A stretch of DNA of 64,000 nt from Octopus vulgaris (Eukaryota), in NCBI GenBank assembly GCA_951406725.2, contig OX597821.1, forward strand, positions 105,090,001 through 105,154,000, written 5' to 3'. Each line of letters begins with the position of its first letter. Position 1 is the first letter of the stretch. Made by a program: the position numbers and the translations under genes. The notes under the pieces are model-generated. The model saw only the letters and a list, made by a program, of their open reading frames with translations, ran no database searches and was not told where the DNA came from. Positions 14,125-27,684 of this stretch are shown here, one piece after another.

Positions 14125-14818
14125 TAGTGCTACCAACTTAATGTGACTATGTTCAATCACTTCAGCAGAGATTCTTGTAAAGCCGGACGAGAATCGATCA
14201 ACATATCAATGAGTAATCTATCAATAACAGCCATAATGAATAGAGTTAAACAAGAAATATTTCTCTGGCATTTGAAATTGGCAAATATATATTTCCACTT
14301 TGGATGTATACATTGATAATTCAAATACTTCTCTTCTCAGGTGTGATAGAATGCAGGTAGGGTTGTAGTTTCTTCATTTGTTCCATTATGCTTCGCATTG
14401 CAATGGTTTTCTAAATGGCTATTCAGGACAGTCTTATTCTATCGCAATTACAGGTACGAACATCAACTTCTTATTGCAATGTTGTATCACGGCGCATTAT
14501 AGCGTACACACCTAATGCACGCAACAACAAGGCTGAAGCGATTATGCAACTGTATACATTCACACATGGGCGCGTACATTGTTAATTTTGACTTTCTAAT
14601 CACTTCAGCAGAGATTCTTGTAAAGCCGGACGAGAATCTACCTTGTCTATCAAACAAATCTTCATATTAAACTGCTCAATATATATATATTTTGATTTTG
14701 ATTTTCCAGTTTCAGCTAATGAGCTGTGGCCATGCTGCCACCGCCATTTGACTATGTTCAATCACTTCAGCAGAGATTCTTGTAAAGCCGGACCAGAATC
14801 GATCAACATATCAAGGAG

Positions 14819-14822
<4 letters not shown>
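14125..14822 (-). mobile_element. Decayed Penelope-like remnant with three copies of a ~45-75 bp repeat
   Basis: Repeat AATCACTTCAGCAGAGATTCTTGTAAAGCCGGAC.AGAATC at ~14145-14217, 14598-14639 and 14749-14822. The minus strand between copies 1 and 2 has frameshifted CNC..DCP.LN and CQ...EKYF traces, reminiscent of the Penelope GIY-YIG region. Confidence 0.4.
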
Positions 14823-14887
<65 letters not shown>

Positions 14888-14936
14888 TATATATACACAC
14901 ATATAAATATATATATATATTTATGTGTGTGTGTGT

Positions 14937-14967
<31 letters not shown>

Positions 14968-14970
14968 AAA

Positions 14971-15307
14971 GTGCATGATTCAGTGGTTAAAACGTCGCGC
15001 TTATGATCGTGAAGTTTTTAGTTCGATTCCCGCACCGGGCTGCGTGTTGTGTTCTTGGGTAAGTCACTTTATTTCACATTGTTCCAGTTCACTTAGCTCT
15101 AGAAGTGAGTTGAGACATGACAGGTGCTAAGCTATTAACATCGGTGCCGTGGAGTAGGGAAGCTTGCACGTAAGTTTGACTGCTGGTCTTCCATGAAAAC
15201 AACCCTAGGTTGTACGTTCTCCGGTTAGGCAAATTTCCTCCCAGAATTGTTTCCTGGAGCGCAACCTCTTGTGTTCATCTTTGATCATTCGTGACCGACG
15301 GAGTCGA

Positions 15308-15310
<3 letters not shown>
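14971..15310 (+). mobile_element. tRNA-derived SINE with CORE-like central domain
   Basis: A box-like TGATTCAGTGGTTA, B box AGTTCGATTCC, then TGTGTTCTTGGGTAAGTCACTTTA (CORE-like). Flanked by (TG)n and (TA)n. Confidence 0.7.
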
Positions 15311-15389
<79 letters not shown>

Positions 15390-15530
15390 TTTTTTTCTTC
15401 TTCTACCTTTCTGTTAAAGAGCGTAAGTTCCAAGGGTAGATCACTTTTCTATTTTCCCGAGCGTCAAACTAATACACTTGGTTGTTGTTCCTAAACCTCT
15501 CTTCGGCTTTTGTCTTTCTATAACTTTGAT
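15390..15530 (+). mobile_element. Decayed pLTR copy of the 13228-13438 family
   Basis: CCTTTCTGTTAAAGAGCGTAAG...TTCCCGAGCGTCAAACTAATACAC aligns to the reverse complement of 13260-13358. Directly follows (TA)n. Confidence 0.6.
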
Positions 15531-15704
15531 CTATGTGTCTGTCTATCTATCTATCTATCTATCTGTATGTCTGCCTGTCTGTCTATATATCTCTTTATCT
15601 ATCTATATCTATATATATATATATATCTATATATATATAGATAGATAGATACAATATATATATATATAGATATATTTATACATATATATGTAGAGTGAGA
15701 GAGA

Positions 15705-15744
<40 letters not shown>

Positions 15745-15958
15745 GTGAAATAGAAAGATGAATAATCTTGTAGTAGATTAATCAAAAGTTTAACCGATAC
15801 CTTAGTAGCAAAAATCACAGCAGTAAAACAGCACGGTTGGAGGTACAACCATATGGTGTTGCAACCGTGCGTTGGTGCGGATAATTGAAATTAGAACATT
15901 ATTGGTGAATTGAAGAAATGGAGCTGAACGCAGATTGAACAGAAATCGTTTTATTTCA

Positions 15959-16038
15959 TTCTACACGTGTTTCGAAAGGCACAAATTACCAAAATCCGAT
16001 GGAATAATGGGACCATATTGTGTCTTTCTCTTCAGGAA
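15959..16038 (-). ncRNA. Type I hammerhead ribozyme (mirror copy)
   Basis: Reverse-complement copy of 16153-16232 in the left arm of the palindrome. Confidence 0.8.
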
Positions 16039-16152
16039 GAAAATAGGAAATCCGTTGGAAAAACAAAAACAGAACAGAGGCGGAGCATAGTTCGATTTGT
16101 TTTTGCTCCGCCTCTGTTCTGTTTTTGTTTTTCCAACGGATTTCCTATTTTC

Positions 16153-16232
16153 TTCCTGAAGAGAAAGACACAATATGGTCCCATTATTCCATCGGATTTT
16201 GGTAATTTGTGCCTTTCGAAACACGTGTAGAA
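16153..16232 (+). ncRNA. Type I hammerhead ribozyme
   Basis: Stem I UUC/GAA (extendable), CUGAAGA at 16156-16162, stem II GAAAGACACAA/UUGUGCCUUUC, GAAA at 16218-16221, palindromic stem III ACACGUGU, GUA triplet (predicted cut after 16229). Confidence 0.8.
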
Positions 16233-16284
16233 TGAAATAAAACGATTTCTGTTCAATCTGCGTTCAGCTCCATTTCTTCAATTC

Positions 16285-16358
<74 letters not shown>

Positions 16359-16407
16359 ATATGTGTGTGTGGCTGCATGTATGTCTCTATGCGCACATGT
16401 GTCTGTA

Positions 16408-17575
16408 TACGAGAATTACCCCGAAAGTGTCACAAATGGAGGTATAAATATTTCATAAGGCAACTGACGTGTTTCGAATTTCTCGTGGTATATCATTCTT
16501 GCTGCAGAGCAAAATTTTTCCTTTCTCTACATTTTTGTATGAAAATGACAGATTCCAAGTGGAAATAGTATATCCTCATATGTTATTGACGGAGGATTGG
16601 TGCCGTTGAGTAATATATAGGACACTATTAGCACAAATAACATGCAGAGATCGAACAGTAACTTATAATATATGAAAACCAATATGGAAGAATGTTACGT
16701 TGCTGAGCCAAAGTGAACACTGATATGTGTCGCCATCGAGTGCACAAATCATTTCTGGAAGACGGACGTTTGACAATGTGTCTTCTTGCTATGCAAATGA
16801 ACTGTCGTCACAATACCTTGGATAAGATGAAGGCTGTTTTCGAGTGATGGGAATTTGGGCAGAATGGATAAATTGGCGCTTGATTATGTAATTACAGGTG
16901 AGAAAATGGAATACTTTTATGCCAACGAAAAAGGTATTTTCCCGATATTGTAACAGTGAGGAAATGTGGACGTATCTTTTGGAAAATATTGCTGAACTGA
17001 TGTCAAAATTCCCAAGCTCAATAAGTTAAAAAGTCAGTAGTAAAAATGACATTGTGTCAGGTTTTTGAGATGGAAAGGGTGTAATTCTTCTGTATTTAGA
17101 TGAATGTATTGGTAACTTGAGAAATGAGAGCTTCTTTGAGGAACCCAGAAAATAGGAACCATTTGGGAGAACAGACACGAGAAATTTATGAAAATGATGT
17201 ACCTTCAGTTTGATAAATTGTTTGAAGAAATGTTTTTGGCAACTGGCAGTTTGGTCTAGTGAGTAACCGCCCCACCTCGGACCTCGATTCTCTACTATTT
17301 CCACATGTTCACTCCAATGTATCTGATAACAGTTACATGGCACAAATGGAAATATTTGGAGTGTAAAGTTTCCTCTAATAATTCGTCTGCCAGTTCCATA
17401 TTGCAAATAATGAACTGGACTGATTAAACAATAATGCATCAGTTTAGATGGAGACTATGAGCAATAATTTTGTGTTGAAAACGAGATGGCCTACTTAAAT
17501 GCATATTTTGAAAGACTTTAGTTAATAAACACGTTTTATGCACATTTGGATGAATATGTTTCATACACTCCTCTC
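16408..17575 (+). mobile_element. Degenerate mariner-family transposon
   Basis: Starts TACGAG. Frameshifted motifs HKSFLE, IVT..E.WTYL (~16947), GF*DGKGVILL (FWD motif, ~17060), PP.SDL..YYF (~17270) and CISLDGDY (~17435). Confidence 0.65.
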
Positions 17576-19420
17576 ATCGACGAATAAAACATACAAAGAT
17601 ATTATTAGGTGGCTTTCGTCACTTCGAGGTATCCCAGGATGTTACATTGTGCATGTGATAACACAGTACATTCATTCACGTTACAGAACAGAATCACTAA
17701 GATTATAAGATACTAATCTAATGATCTTTGAAACGAGTAAATTAACTTAAGCCAGATCGATATCCGTGGAAATCACGGAGAGATATATTAGTTGCTGATT
17801 TCTATATAAGAGGCTCAATATTCTTGATATCTTCGAATTAGCTGTCCGATTACTGCCAACGAAACGATATTAATCACAAGCAATACAGTCTCTTACTCAA
17901 CTGACTTCTTTCAAGTTTGTAGTTATGATATAATGTATGAATGACGGGTACACTGAAGGTTGCATTGCACCTTGTTGCGTGCCTTCAATTCCATTTACCC
18001 ATGAGATCTTATCGGTTATTATATTTACCTTTAAACTATTTTGAAATTGACAGGTACCTTGAAATATTGATTTACCGGAAATGCTTAGCAGTTAATGCTG
18101 GTAAAAACAATTTTATAAAACTAAGGAGATGATGTAACTTATATTCATATATATAAATGTAAGCACCCTGTTAAAACTTTCTTTGCTTGCACCTTGTTCA
18201 TGATAACTGAGATTGCTATTTTCATATCGAATAACCGTGCAACATACAATAGCAATTGTCTTTCCCGTTTTCTACTGAAAAATATGTTATTTTAAATGAA
18301 CAAATTTCAGATTCATGTCCTAATGTTTTGTAAGTCTCACTGCGACTGCTAAACATACTGTCCCTGTTGGACATTTACGATGCTGACCGTGTGTAGATTA
18401 TCAATGTTTCTTTAATAGTATTCAGATATATTCACTTAAGTTTTGTTCGAACATTTGGCAGGGCTCTTTCTAAATTCGCAAAAATTATCGGACAATAAAT
18501 ACAGGGAAATGTTGGAGTAAATGGGAAACGCGAAGAGATTTTAGAAGGTAAATATTTAATTAGCTGTGCAAAGAAAAAGATTCCCTAGCAAATTCGAAGA
18601 ACAGTAGTCATTCACTAGATAGAATATGCGGGGTAAAACGCAGAAAAGAAAATAATGAATAAACAACAATGATTGCTAAAGAAACTGTGAATCATTTTGA
18701 TTTCCCTATTCCATTGAACAGGTGGCTTTAATATGCTAGCAATAAAATAGAAGGCAATTGCCCACATGTAAGCACAGTGCTGTAAACTTAATTATGATTT
18801 TACAGAAAATTGCTGCGTAGCGAAATGCAAACAATATAATTACCAACCGGCACAGATCAAGCAATATATTGTTGAAAAAATGCATGATAATACAGCATGC
18901 CAGAAAGCATATTCAATTATTACCTTAAGTTTACAAGTACAGATAATTCATCGTTATATTGCACGAATGTCGTTTTATATTTAACAAAAAAAAAAAAAAT
19001 CATTAATCTTCACAGAAATTTCAGTATCCACAAATAAAATGCTATTGGAAAAATTAATACTTTACAAATATCTTATTACGAATTTAAAAGTGCTACTGAA
19101 TAATTGAAATACATTTATATTAGTTTTGGTATAATTATTGATGCCATAAGAGTACAGCCGGTTATCAATTGGTATTTCCAATTACGATATGCCTGGAACA
19201 CGCTAAAGTAATATGTTGCCTATTACAATGTGTAAAACGATACAGAATATAAAGTATTCAACTATATAAAGGCATTGGCATTTCCTCGGTTAGAAGAAAA
19301 AATACATTAGTTATATTTAATAATAACAACAAAGAATAAAAAGTTTATAATGGTACAACAATGCACTATAATAAAAACAATGAACTATATACCTGTTGGA
19401 ATTTAGTTGTCCATAGTCTG

Positions 19421-19453
19421 ATTATATTTCGGAATAAAATTCCTTCTTCAGAT
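19421..19453 (-). ncRNA. Minimal hammerhead-like motif, stem I eroded
   Basis: The minus strand reads AU CUGAAGA A GGAAU UUU AUUCC GAAA UAUA AU. Core and stem II are intact; stem I has only 2 bp. Confidence 0.4.
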
Positions 19454-19539
19454 ATTCTTAAATGGAGTCGCTGCTATAATCGATTTTCCAATGGCTTTTC
19501 TTCTTTATTATATTTTGAAGCGTCTCAGCAGTGGTGTCA

Positions 19540-20640
19540 CGAAGATACTTCCTGAATTCCCCATGAGAGGTTCGTGAGGTCGGCCATTTCTCAATCTCGT
19601 GTGTGCTGGTTCATCCATACCACTGCTTCTAAGTTATGTATTATGACCCAGGAAGCGGTGCGGTATCAGGAGGAAGAAAGCAGAAAATGAAGAGCTGTGG
19701 AGTTGGTATGTCAGGGTACATGGACTAACTGGGACCTCCCAAAGAGGAGGCTCACATGAACTGACCTGTAGAGGCTGGAAAGTTTCGCATTACTTTCCTA
19801 ATGCGGGCGGTGAATGACACACACCTGACGCCATGAAACCTGCACAGATGAAGTTTGCGAGAAGCCCAACTGTGTAGACCTTGTGGAGAAAGTGGTATTC
19901 TGGCACAAAACTTGGCATGGTGCAGAAGAATACTTTATCAAATTAGATATAAAAGGCGCCATGAGATGGTGCTTACAGCACTTGCTCATACTTTGGAACA
20001 GGAAAGGCGTAAGAAACGTTATCACCAGAGTAAAGCAACAGCAGCAATTAAGTTCGTGAAAGAGAGTGGCCAGTAAGGTCAGCAAAAGCAATGCATAACT
20101 TGCTGCATGGATCTCAAACATACTATATGAAAGTGGTCTTAGGGAAGAGTTTCGCTAGGTTACTCAGACAAACCTGGGGCCACAAGTTGTCCTGCGGTCT
20201 GAAAACAAAATTATCGTAATTGAACTCACATTCCCGTGGGAATAGGTGTGTAATGAGTCTCATGATCGGAAGCGTGCCAGATATGAAAGCATTGTGCATG
20301 ATTTCAGGGTGAGAGGATGCTAGGTATAGTTTTTCTTCCCATTCGAGGTTAGCTGTGGAGGTTTCCCTGCTCCGTCGATATAGAGGATGCTTACAGCAAT
20401 TGGAATGAGAGGTAAGCAACGAAGAGTGGCTGTGAGCAGGATGGGAGAGGCAGTTAAAATAGCCTTTTGTTGGTATTAGTGCAAGAGAGAAGAGTTTAGC
20501 TAGAAGCTAGCAGGAAGTGAAGGTCAGTGTCTTGGCCACTTTTGCTGACCCACCAGCGCGATGGTTTTATTGTTCAGAGTCGGAACAACTGTTGAACATT
20601 GGATAACGTCTGATGGCATCAATTCCTTCTGACCAAGGCT
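19540..20640 (+). mobile_element. HERO/NeSL-like RLE LINE, 3' portion, degenerate
   Basis: QGTWTNWDLPKRRL, FRITFLMRAVND, zinc knuckle CRPCGESGILA...C, RYKRRHEMVL, endonuclease IIVIELTFPWE and FPFEVSCGGFPA, then a 3' UTR. Confidence 0.8.
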
Positions 20641-21779
20641 CTAATCACTTTGGTGAATGGAAAAACACATCCTCATATTAACACACATACAACCGCACCC
20701 ACGCACCTACGCACACACACACACACACACATACACATACACACTTATATATATTTATATATATGGCTTTCCCTCTCTCTGTATATTTATATACATCGAT
20801 ACATATGTATTTGCTCTTATGAATATGTATCTATATGCCTCTATATATGCATAAACATGCACACACGTATAGTAAATCTGTAATAGAACGAAGAAGAAAC
20901 AAGTAAGAAAGCAACAACGCGAAGACATGGTACATGCAAAGTATTAGCAGACTCTCTGGGAAGGACATACACACACACGCGCGCGCACACACACATATAA
21001 GGATATATACGCATGTGGTTTTGGGTAGATACATATTTAAATCAATTTGTGCTTGCGTTGGCATGCGTGTATTTTTAAACAGGTTCACAAAACAATATGC
21101 AATTTTGAATGATGGCTGACAATCCAATTTGCTCATAAATGAATTGGATTAAATTACTATTATCACATCGTGCAAACTAACACGGGTGCATTTTTTAAAA
21201 GCAATCAATTCTGCTGTCATCGGAGCTTTTTTTCGTATTTACATAATTGTGTACAAGTAAACACAGGGAGCATACCCAAAATACTGCATGCCTGCACACT
21301 CACAGGAAAACAAGAATAACATAGATCGTATTTCCTCATTCCAGTAGAATATATTTGCTGCGAGAGGAAATTTTAATTCTGTCAGTTTTGTCCTGTATAA
21401 TCACATAATTTGAATTATATTCTAATTCTTAATGATACTCAAATGTTTCTAATTTACGATATTTGTTTTAAATTTTGTTTCTTGATGGTTGGTAATAGTT
21501 TGAAATGCTAAAATGTTTATATACTCTGCAACCGGCCATAATTCTATTGTTTTCACACTTATTTGTAATATTTTCTATTAAAGAGTCCTTTTGTGTAAGG
21601 GCTCCTTCTTCTTCGTGTTTGCAACATGATTTTCCAAAAAATGTTTCTACAAATCATTCTAAAAACATTCGAACTAAGTCCACTTACTTACACATTCATA
21701 TATGCAAGGATGACTGAAAAATACGCTGGCTTAGAATTGTTTTGCACGCAATTTATTGCTTAGTGATCGCATAATTTAA

Positions 21780-22900
21780 TATCTTCAACAATGTAACCAA
21801 ACCAAACAAAATAACCAAACTTCAAACCGAATAGAATTATTTATGAAAAATAGTCTCCAAACTGTATCTCTCTACACACAAAGGTCAATATTTCTAAAAA
21901 GTAAGCAAATAATTTGCAAAACAGGCATCTCTCAGAGGCAATTGTGTTGACCAATGATATTTAAAATAGCCTCCATCCTCTTGCGAACAATATGTGAACA
22001 TGAATATATTTTAGATACTTCTGAAACTCTGACATGCTTAAGACGATAACCAACCACCTATCTACACAGACAGATAAAAAGAACTAAATAACAGAAGTCG
22101 GTTAACAAAATACAACTAGCCTCTGATTTACATACTTCTGTGAACCTTCATAAAACCATAACATAAAAGCCGGTTTATCTAGTAAACAGCTAATTGTAAA
22201 GGCTTAAATAATGGACTGAAATATGAGAATTGAATATTTTCAAAACAAAAGTTTAATATTCATTTAATATGCAAATATAAATCAATATGAAATAAACCGA
22301 ATTGCATATCTGCAGACCAACAATTTAATTACATTATTTTCTGAACCCTATGACCTGCAGATGACACACCTAAATCATCACACAGTTCAACATTGATGAA
22401 TAAATACTAAATTACAGTACATCACCAGATTTAATCAATAAAAATTCTCCATAAGAATTGGTCATCATGCACTGCCATAAAACTAATTATAATTCAACAG
22501 AAGTCAGCTTACAGCAGAATATTATTAACTTAAGAGAGACTATAGAAACCTAAGTTGAACTGAAATACATCAGCGGTCGCTGTTGACACAGGTTCCGAAA
22601 CTTCGACGTTGCTGCCAATAAGGTTCCTATTAAAGAATAATACATTTGCACTTTACCATATCAAATGCACATGCCACCCATTCCTACTCCGCCCAACAAC
22701 CAGACTGATTTAGATTAGCTAAGTGGTCAATTTCCTGTATTCCATATGATATTTTCCAGCTAAATGCTACCCATATACCAACATCAAACAAAGTCACCGT
22801 GTGACCTACCACGACGAATCAACATTTGTAATAACAATCAACTTCTGTCATTCAAATTCAAAATGGTTGGTGATTAGCATCACGCTTGAAACTCAAGCGT
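21780..22900 (-). mobile_element. Highly decayed CR1/L2-type LINE (APE end to RT start)
   Basis: Minus-strand traces VLFFNRNLIGSNVEVSEP..SD, KADF, VSK.F and FKYHWSTQL occur in the expected order. Confidence 0.35.
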
Positions 22901-22930
22901 AACAACGAAATGCAATCAAGCTGTTTTGAT

Positions 22931-22975
<45 letters not shown>

Positions 22976-22982
22976 CATACAT

Positions 22983-23017
<35 letters not shown>

Positions 23018-24191
23018 CATATGTATTATGTATATATGTGTTTGTGTGTACGTATGCCTATATATCTATATATCTATATATAGATGCATATATACATACA
23101 CACAGACACACACACACACATATCTATATATGTATGTATGTATGTATATATGTTAAATAAAGACATATACATCCTCATGCAAGACCCGCATTAGACTAGA
23201 CTCCTTACTCGTATCATTATCGAACCGATCATTTAACTACGGTGCTTCCATGGCGTTAACTGCCACCTTACGTCTTTAGAATACGAAACAAATAATTCGG
23301 GAGAAAAATGATTCACAAAAAAATAATTTTCGAAGCTATTATTGACTCTATTATTATCTGGGGAAGGAATTTAAAAATGATGATAACAGAATCGATGATA
23401 TGCACGATTGCCGCTCTGCTAGTCATTTGGGCAATAATTGCGGCATGTCAGGCAGTGATACCACACCCATGTGTCCCGTTTTTGTGATCAAGCTTTCATA
23501 GACCCCAATGCAGTTTCCCATACCACATTGTACTGACCTTAGCATTCTTCAGATCATTAACAAGCAGACAAGATATCGGCACACACACCGCAAATACCAC
23601 ATTTTGAATATTCAGATAGCTTTCAGTCGTCTATATCAGCAAACATTTTCTCAAACACCACTTTAGTTTATATACTCTTCAAAGGTGGTAAGTGGGAAAA
23701 AATATATGCAGTACTAATCCAGAAAATGAAATCAAGAAATAACAAACCATCCATGTATATATTTTTTCTCTTTCTTTTTTTTTTTGTTATATATATATAT
23801 ATATGCCATTATGAAAAATTATGAAAAAGTCTAAAATTTTGCTTTTCAGAAAGCGAACAATTAGTTTCGCCATTTCTCTTCTTTTCGCATTATCAATAGT
23901 TTCAGTTTAACAATAATACTTTGCTGAGTGCGTAAAATCGTAGCTCTATGTATGTATGTATGATATATTCAAGCAGAAGTATTTTTTGCAAAACTGTCGT
24001 ATACGGAACTTACTGAACTGTTGTAAAACGTTAAACCTTTATAATACACTTTGATAATTTTCATCTTAAGCAGCTGGATATACGATAGTTTCACCCAAAG
24101 GACCGGCAATCGCAAGGAAAATTGAATATTGAAAAAAAAAACGTATTTTTCCCAAATTTGGGCATACAACAGTTTAACTTAATAGCAGCGA

Positions 24192-24237
<46 letters not shown>

Positions 24238-24245
<8 letters not shown>

Positions 24246-25329
24246 GCAGAGGTAAATAGACACGCGATAAAACATGCTTACCCTGCCTTGCAAAAGTTTA
24301 TCTTTTTTTTATTAATGATATCTTTTATGATTCAAATTCTGTGTGGATGTTTAATCATGCCATGTACGAGGGACATATCGTAAAATCGTAGAAAACCTTA
24401 GGATCCCGCTTTTTGCAGTTAATAGAGTGATTGTGCAATTCAGAAGAGAGTGGAAGGAGTCCACATCACTTCGCCCAGATCAACCAGGGCCCTCTGACAA
24501 AAGTGTGGAGGATGATTCTCTTTGTAAGGCCTCTAACGTAGCAGAAGAGCTATCAGGTATCACTACAAACCATAGTTACACTGCCATAGTAACTATGGTT
24601 ACTATGGGAGAGCGGCATGAAGGAAGCGGCTTCATCAAACGGAGAATAGATTGAGTCAGTGAGATGGTTGAGAGGCAACTAGCGTTTGGGGACCCTCTCC
24701 TATTCTCTGATGAGTGTATTTGCTGTATTTGCTGACGGTGTCCTGGTGTGGGTCTTGAGACTCTGTGAACGAGAATTACGTGTGAAAATATTGTAGCCAA
24801 CAATGAAACACGGCAGCTTTTATTCTGTGGTGGTCTGTGGAGCAATTTGGAGCAATAGTTGATCAAATCTGATGGAGTCGAGGGGAAAATATTGCAGAGA
24901 TGTTTCTTTCGAATCTTCTCCAGTGTTGAAATGATTAAAGGAGACTATTTATCAGAGATGGAGTCCCTTGGTTGACAATGGCATCATAAAGCTACCCTGG
25001 TGAAGCCAGTCACCAGGCGTGAGCCTTACCGAATGATTTTGGGCTATAATGGACAGGGAACTTCATAAAAATGAACAAGAATTCATCTTCAAAGCCAGAT
25101 CTTTTGAGATTACTGCATTAAGCCTGTCAAGAAATTCCACAAGAGAATATTTGCATCTGATCAAACATGCCTAATAGTGTCCTTGCATTGAATAATGCAA
25201 AGGGAAAATTCAGCTAAATATCAAATATTTATATTATAACTTTCAATTAATTAAAAAATTGAATGTATAATTTCAAACTTAAATATATTTTATTGATTAT
25301 AAGTGTCTCTTTTGACTTCTGTCATGTCT
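24238..25329 (+). mobile_element. Degenerate, near full-span Tc1 element with both TIRs
   Basis: Left CACACATGGCAGAGGTAAATAGACAC against the right-end reverse complement CAGACATGACAGAAGTCAAAAGAGACAC. Internal motifs YGYYGRAA, FSDE, PTMKHG, V.GAIWS, LPW.SQSP, QEIPQENI. Same family as 5655-6084. Confidence 0.8.
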
Positions 25330-26154
25330 GTGTCTGTGTGCGTGTGCGTGTATGTATGTGTGTGCGTATATGTATGTGCACGCGCGCGTGTTTGTGTGTG
25401 TATATGTGTGTGATTGTTTATGTGCGTTTATTTGTGTGTATGTGTGTATGTTTGTGTGCGTTTACGTGTGTGTATGTGTGTATATTTGAGTGAGTGTGTT
25501 TCATTTGTGTGTATATCTCTGCTCACATTGAAAAGCATGAAGTAATTGAATTGAGAACGAACTAAAATCAATAACTATGTTATCGGTTCCTGCCTTGAGA
25601 AGGTGCAAAGAATACCGAATAACATTAGGTTAGTATTTTAGTTCTTGTCCAAATGGAAAATTGTCAAAAGATAAGGTTAGAACTTGGGAAAATATGAAAA
25701 TTCACAATAGATGAATCACTACCAAACAGAAAATATCTATCTGGAAGAAAAGATAAAAGCGAATGCCAACAGCCGATGATATTCCATAAGGGAATCAAGA
25801 AGGGAAATATGGCTGCAAAAGTAGAAGCACCTTTTTTTTTTATTTAACCAGTCACAGGCATTAAAAGAATGTCTGTAGGTATACTGTTTGTGACACAAAT
25901 TAACATTGTAACCCGTGATTCTAAAGGATAAACATAAAGAAGAAAAATGTTAATTTCCATGCCGCCGGATTGATCAGAACCCAAATAAATGTTTTCTAAA
26001 CGTATGTATGAATGTATGTAAATGAGTACGTAATGGATGTGTGTGAATGTAAGTCCGTATGTGTATACTTGTTTTTATAAATATGTATGTGTGTGTGTGT
26101 GTGTTTGTGTATGTGTGGTTGTGTGTGAGCGTGTGTTTGCGAGCAAGTGTGCCT

Positions 26155-26560
26155 CATCATCATCGTCGTCATCATCATCTAACGTTTGTTTACCATGCTG
26201 GCATGGGTTGGACCTTTTAACCAGGACTGGCAAGCTGGAAGGCCCCCAACAGATTCCAGTCTGATTTGACATGGTTTGTATGGTGGATCCCCTTCACCAC
26301 GCCACCCACTCTGAGAATGTAATGTGTGCTTTTCTATGCGACCACCAGTATCTGCCACGACTGCGATTTGCTTCGCTTGATGTATCTTCTTCTCAAGCAC
26401 AACATTATGACAAGGTTCTCAGAATTTGCCAACGTGAGGCCCAACACACGACAGCAGCTTTTCACGTCCCACCGGTATCGGCCATTTTGTCTCTGTAAGG
26501 CCAACGCTGGAAAGATGATTTTGTGTGTATCACGTGTACGGGTACGAGTCGTGTGGCACC
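26155..26560 (-). mobile_element. SINE or RTE-like 3' tail ending in (GAT)n
   Basis: (CAT)n followed by AACGTTTGTTTACCATGCTGGCATGGGTTGGAC, the reverse complement of an RTE-type 3' end. Confidence 0.5.
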
Positions 26561-26577
26561 AGAATCAGCCTATATAA

Positions 26578-26627
<50 letters not shown>

Positions 26628-26824
26628 TTCTCTGTGTGTGTATATGTATATATGTATGTATGCATGTATGTAATGGTGGTCGTCGTGGCTGGAAGAAATA
26701 ACATACCTAATAGAGATAACTTCGAAACAAAAGCTTCAGACTAATAATGTAGTAATGTCGGTATATTTTATCGCCTTGTGTAGCGTAAAATCTCATTTTT
26801 GAGAACATAGAGTAGGACACGGAC

Positions 26825-26956
<132 letters not shown>

Positions 26957-27684
26957 GATATACATGCATATATATATATACTGTGTGTGTGTCTCTCTCT
27001 CTATATATCTATATGTGTGCGTGTGTGTAGATTGATAGATAAATGGATAATTATTCATGCATACATAAATATATTTATGTAGGTTTATCGATATGCACCA
27101 TCCCACTCACACATACATACGCATATGCACACACGCACACATATATACACATCTATCTATGCATCATTTTATCTATTTCTCTATCCTTCTATCACCTTCA
27201 TCTCTCTCTATCTCTCTCTATGTATGTATATGTATAAATAGCCTCGTCTGCGTCACATTAACGCGCCATACTTAATCGTAATTTCCCTTGGGTGACTGTG
27301 CCAAGATCGAAATGGATATTTTTGGGCTTTGATCTCAAAATACGTCTTGTATAGCGTTTATCGTGAAAACCATAATCAGTTATTCGGCTTAGGGATATCA
27401 AATGTTACAGAGGGCAAATTGAGTGTGCCTGAATTATATCCGCTTGTCTCTGTTTATATGATATGGATGAGTTCGTCACAAGATGTGATATATTATAATA
27501 TATACACACATTGTCGTAAAATAATCTATGCTGGAATGTTCCAGTTGAAAACCTATGGACACTCCCACGTGCGCACATGCCCATGTATTAAATTACACTG
27601 ACACAAACGTATCTTCTGTCTTTCACATTTCAGTTATTAGGGTGTAGACATGTTGGTGCACCATCTGTAGGAATTTTTAGTCTG

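Larger units (their letters stand above)
15743..16286. mobile_element. Fold-back Penelope-like terminal fragment between (TA)n tracts
   Basis: 183-bp arms at 15905-16087 and 16104-16286, apparently perfect, with a 16-nt spacer and a ~160-bp one-sided extension. (TA)n on both sides; a hammerhead in each arm. Confidence 0.75.

Noticed and set aside
14145-14822. CRISPR-like repeated hairpin
   Set aside because: The context is eukaryotic, spacing is irregular (150-450 bp), there are only three copies and no cas genes.
15961-16230. Two near-identical 87-aa ORFs on opposite strands
   Set aside because: They result from the palindrome. Both use non-ATG starts and have no recognisable protein motif.
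23380-23640. piggyBac-like traces on the minus strand (KCGI, GCGITA)
   Set aside because: Too few residues to support a call by eye.
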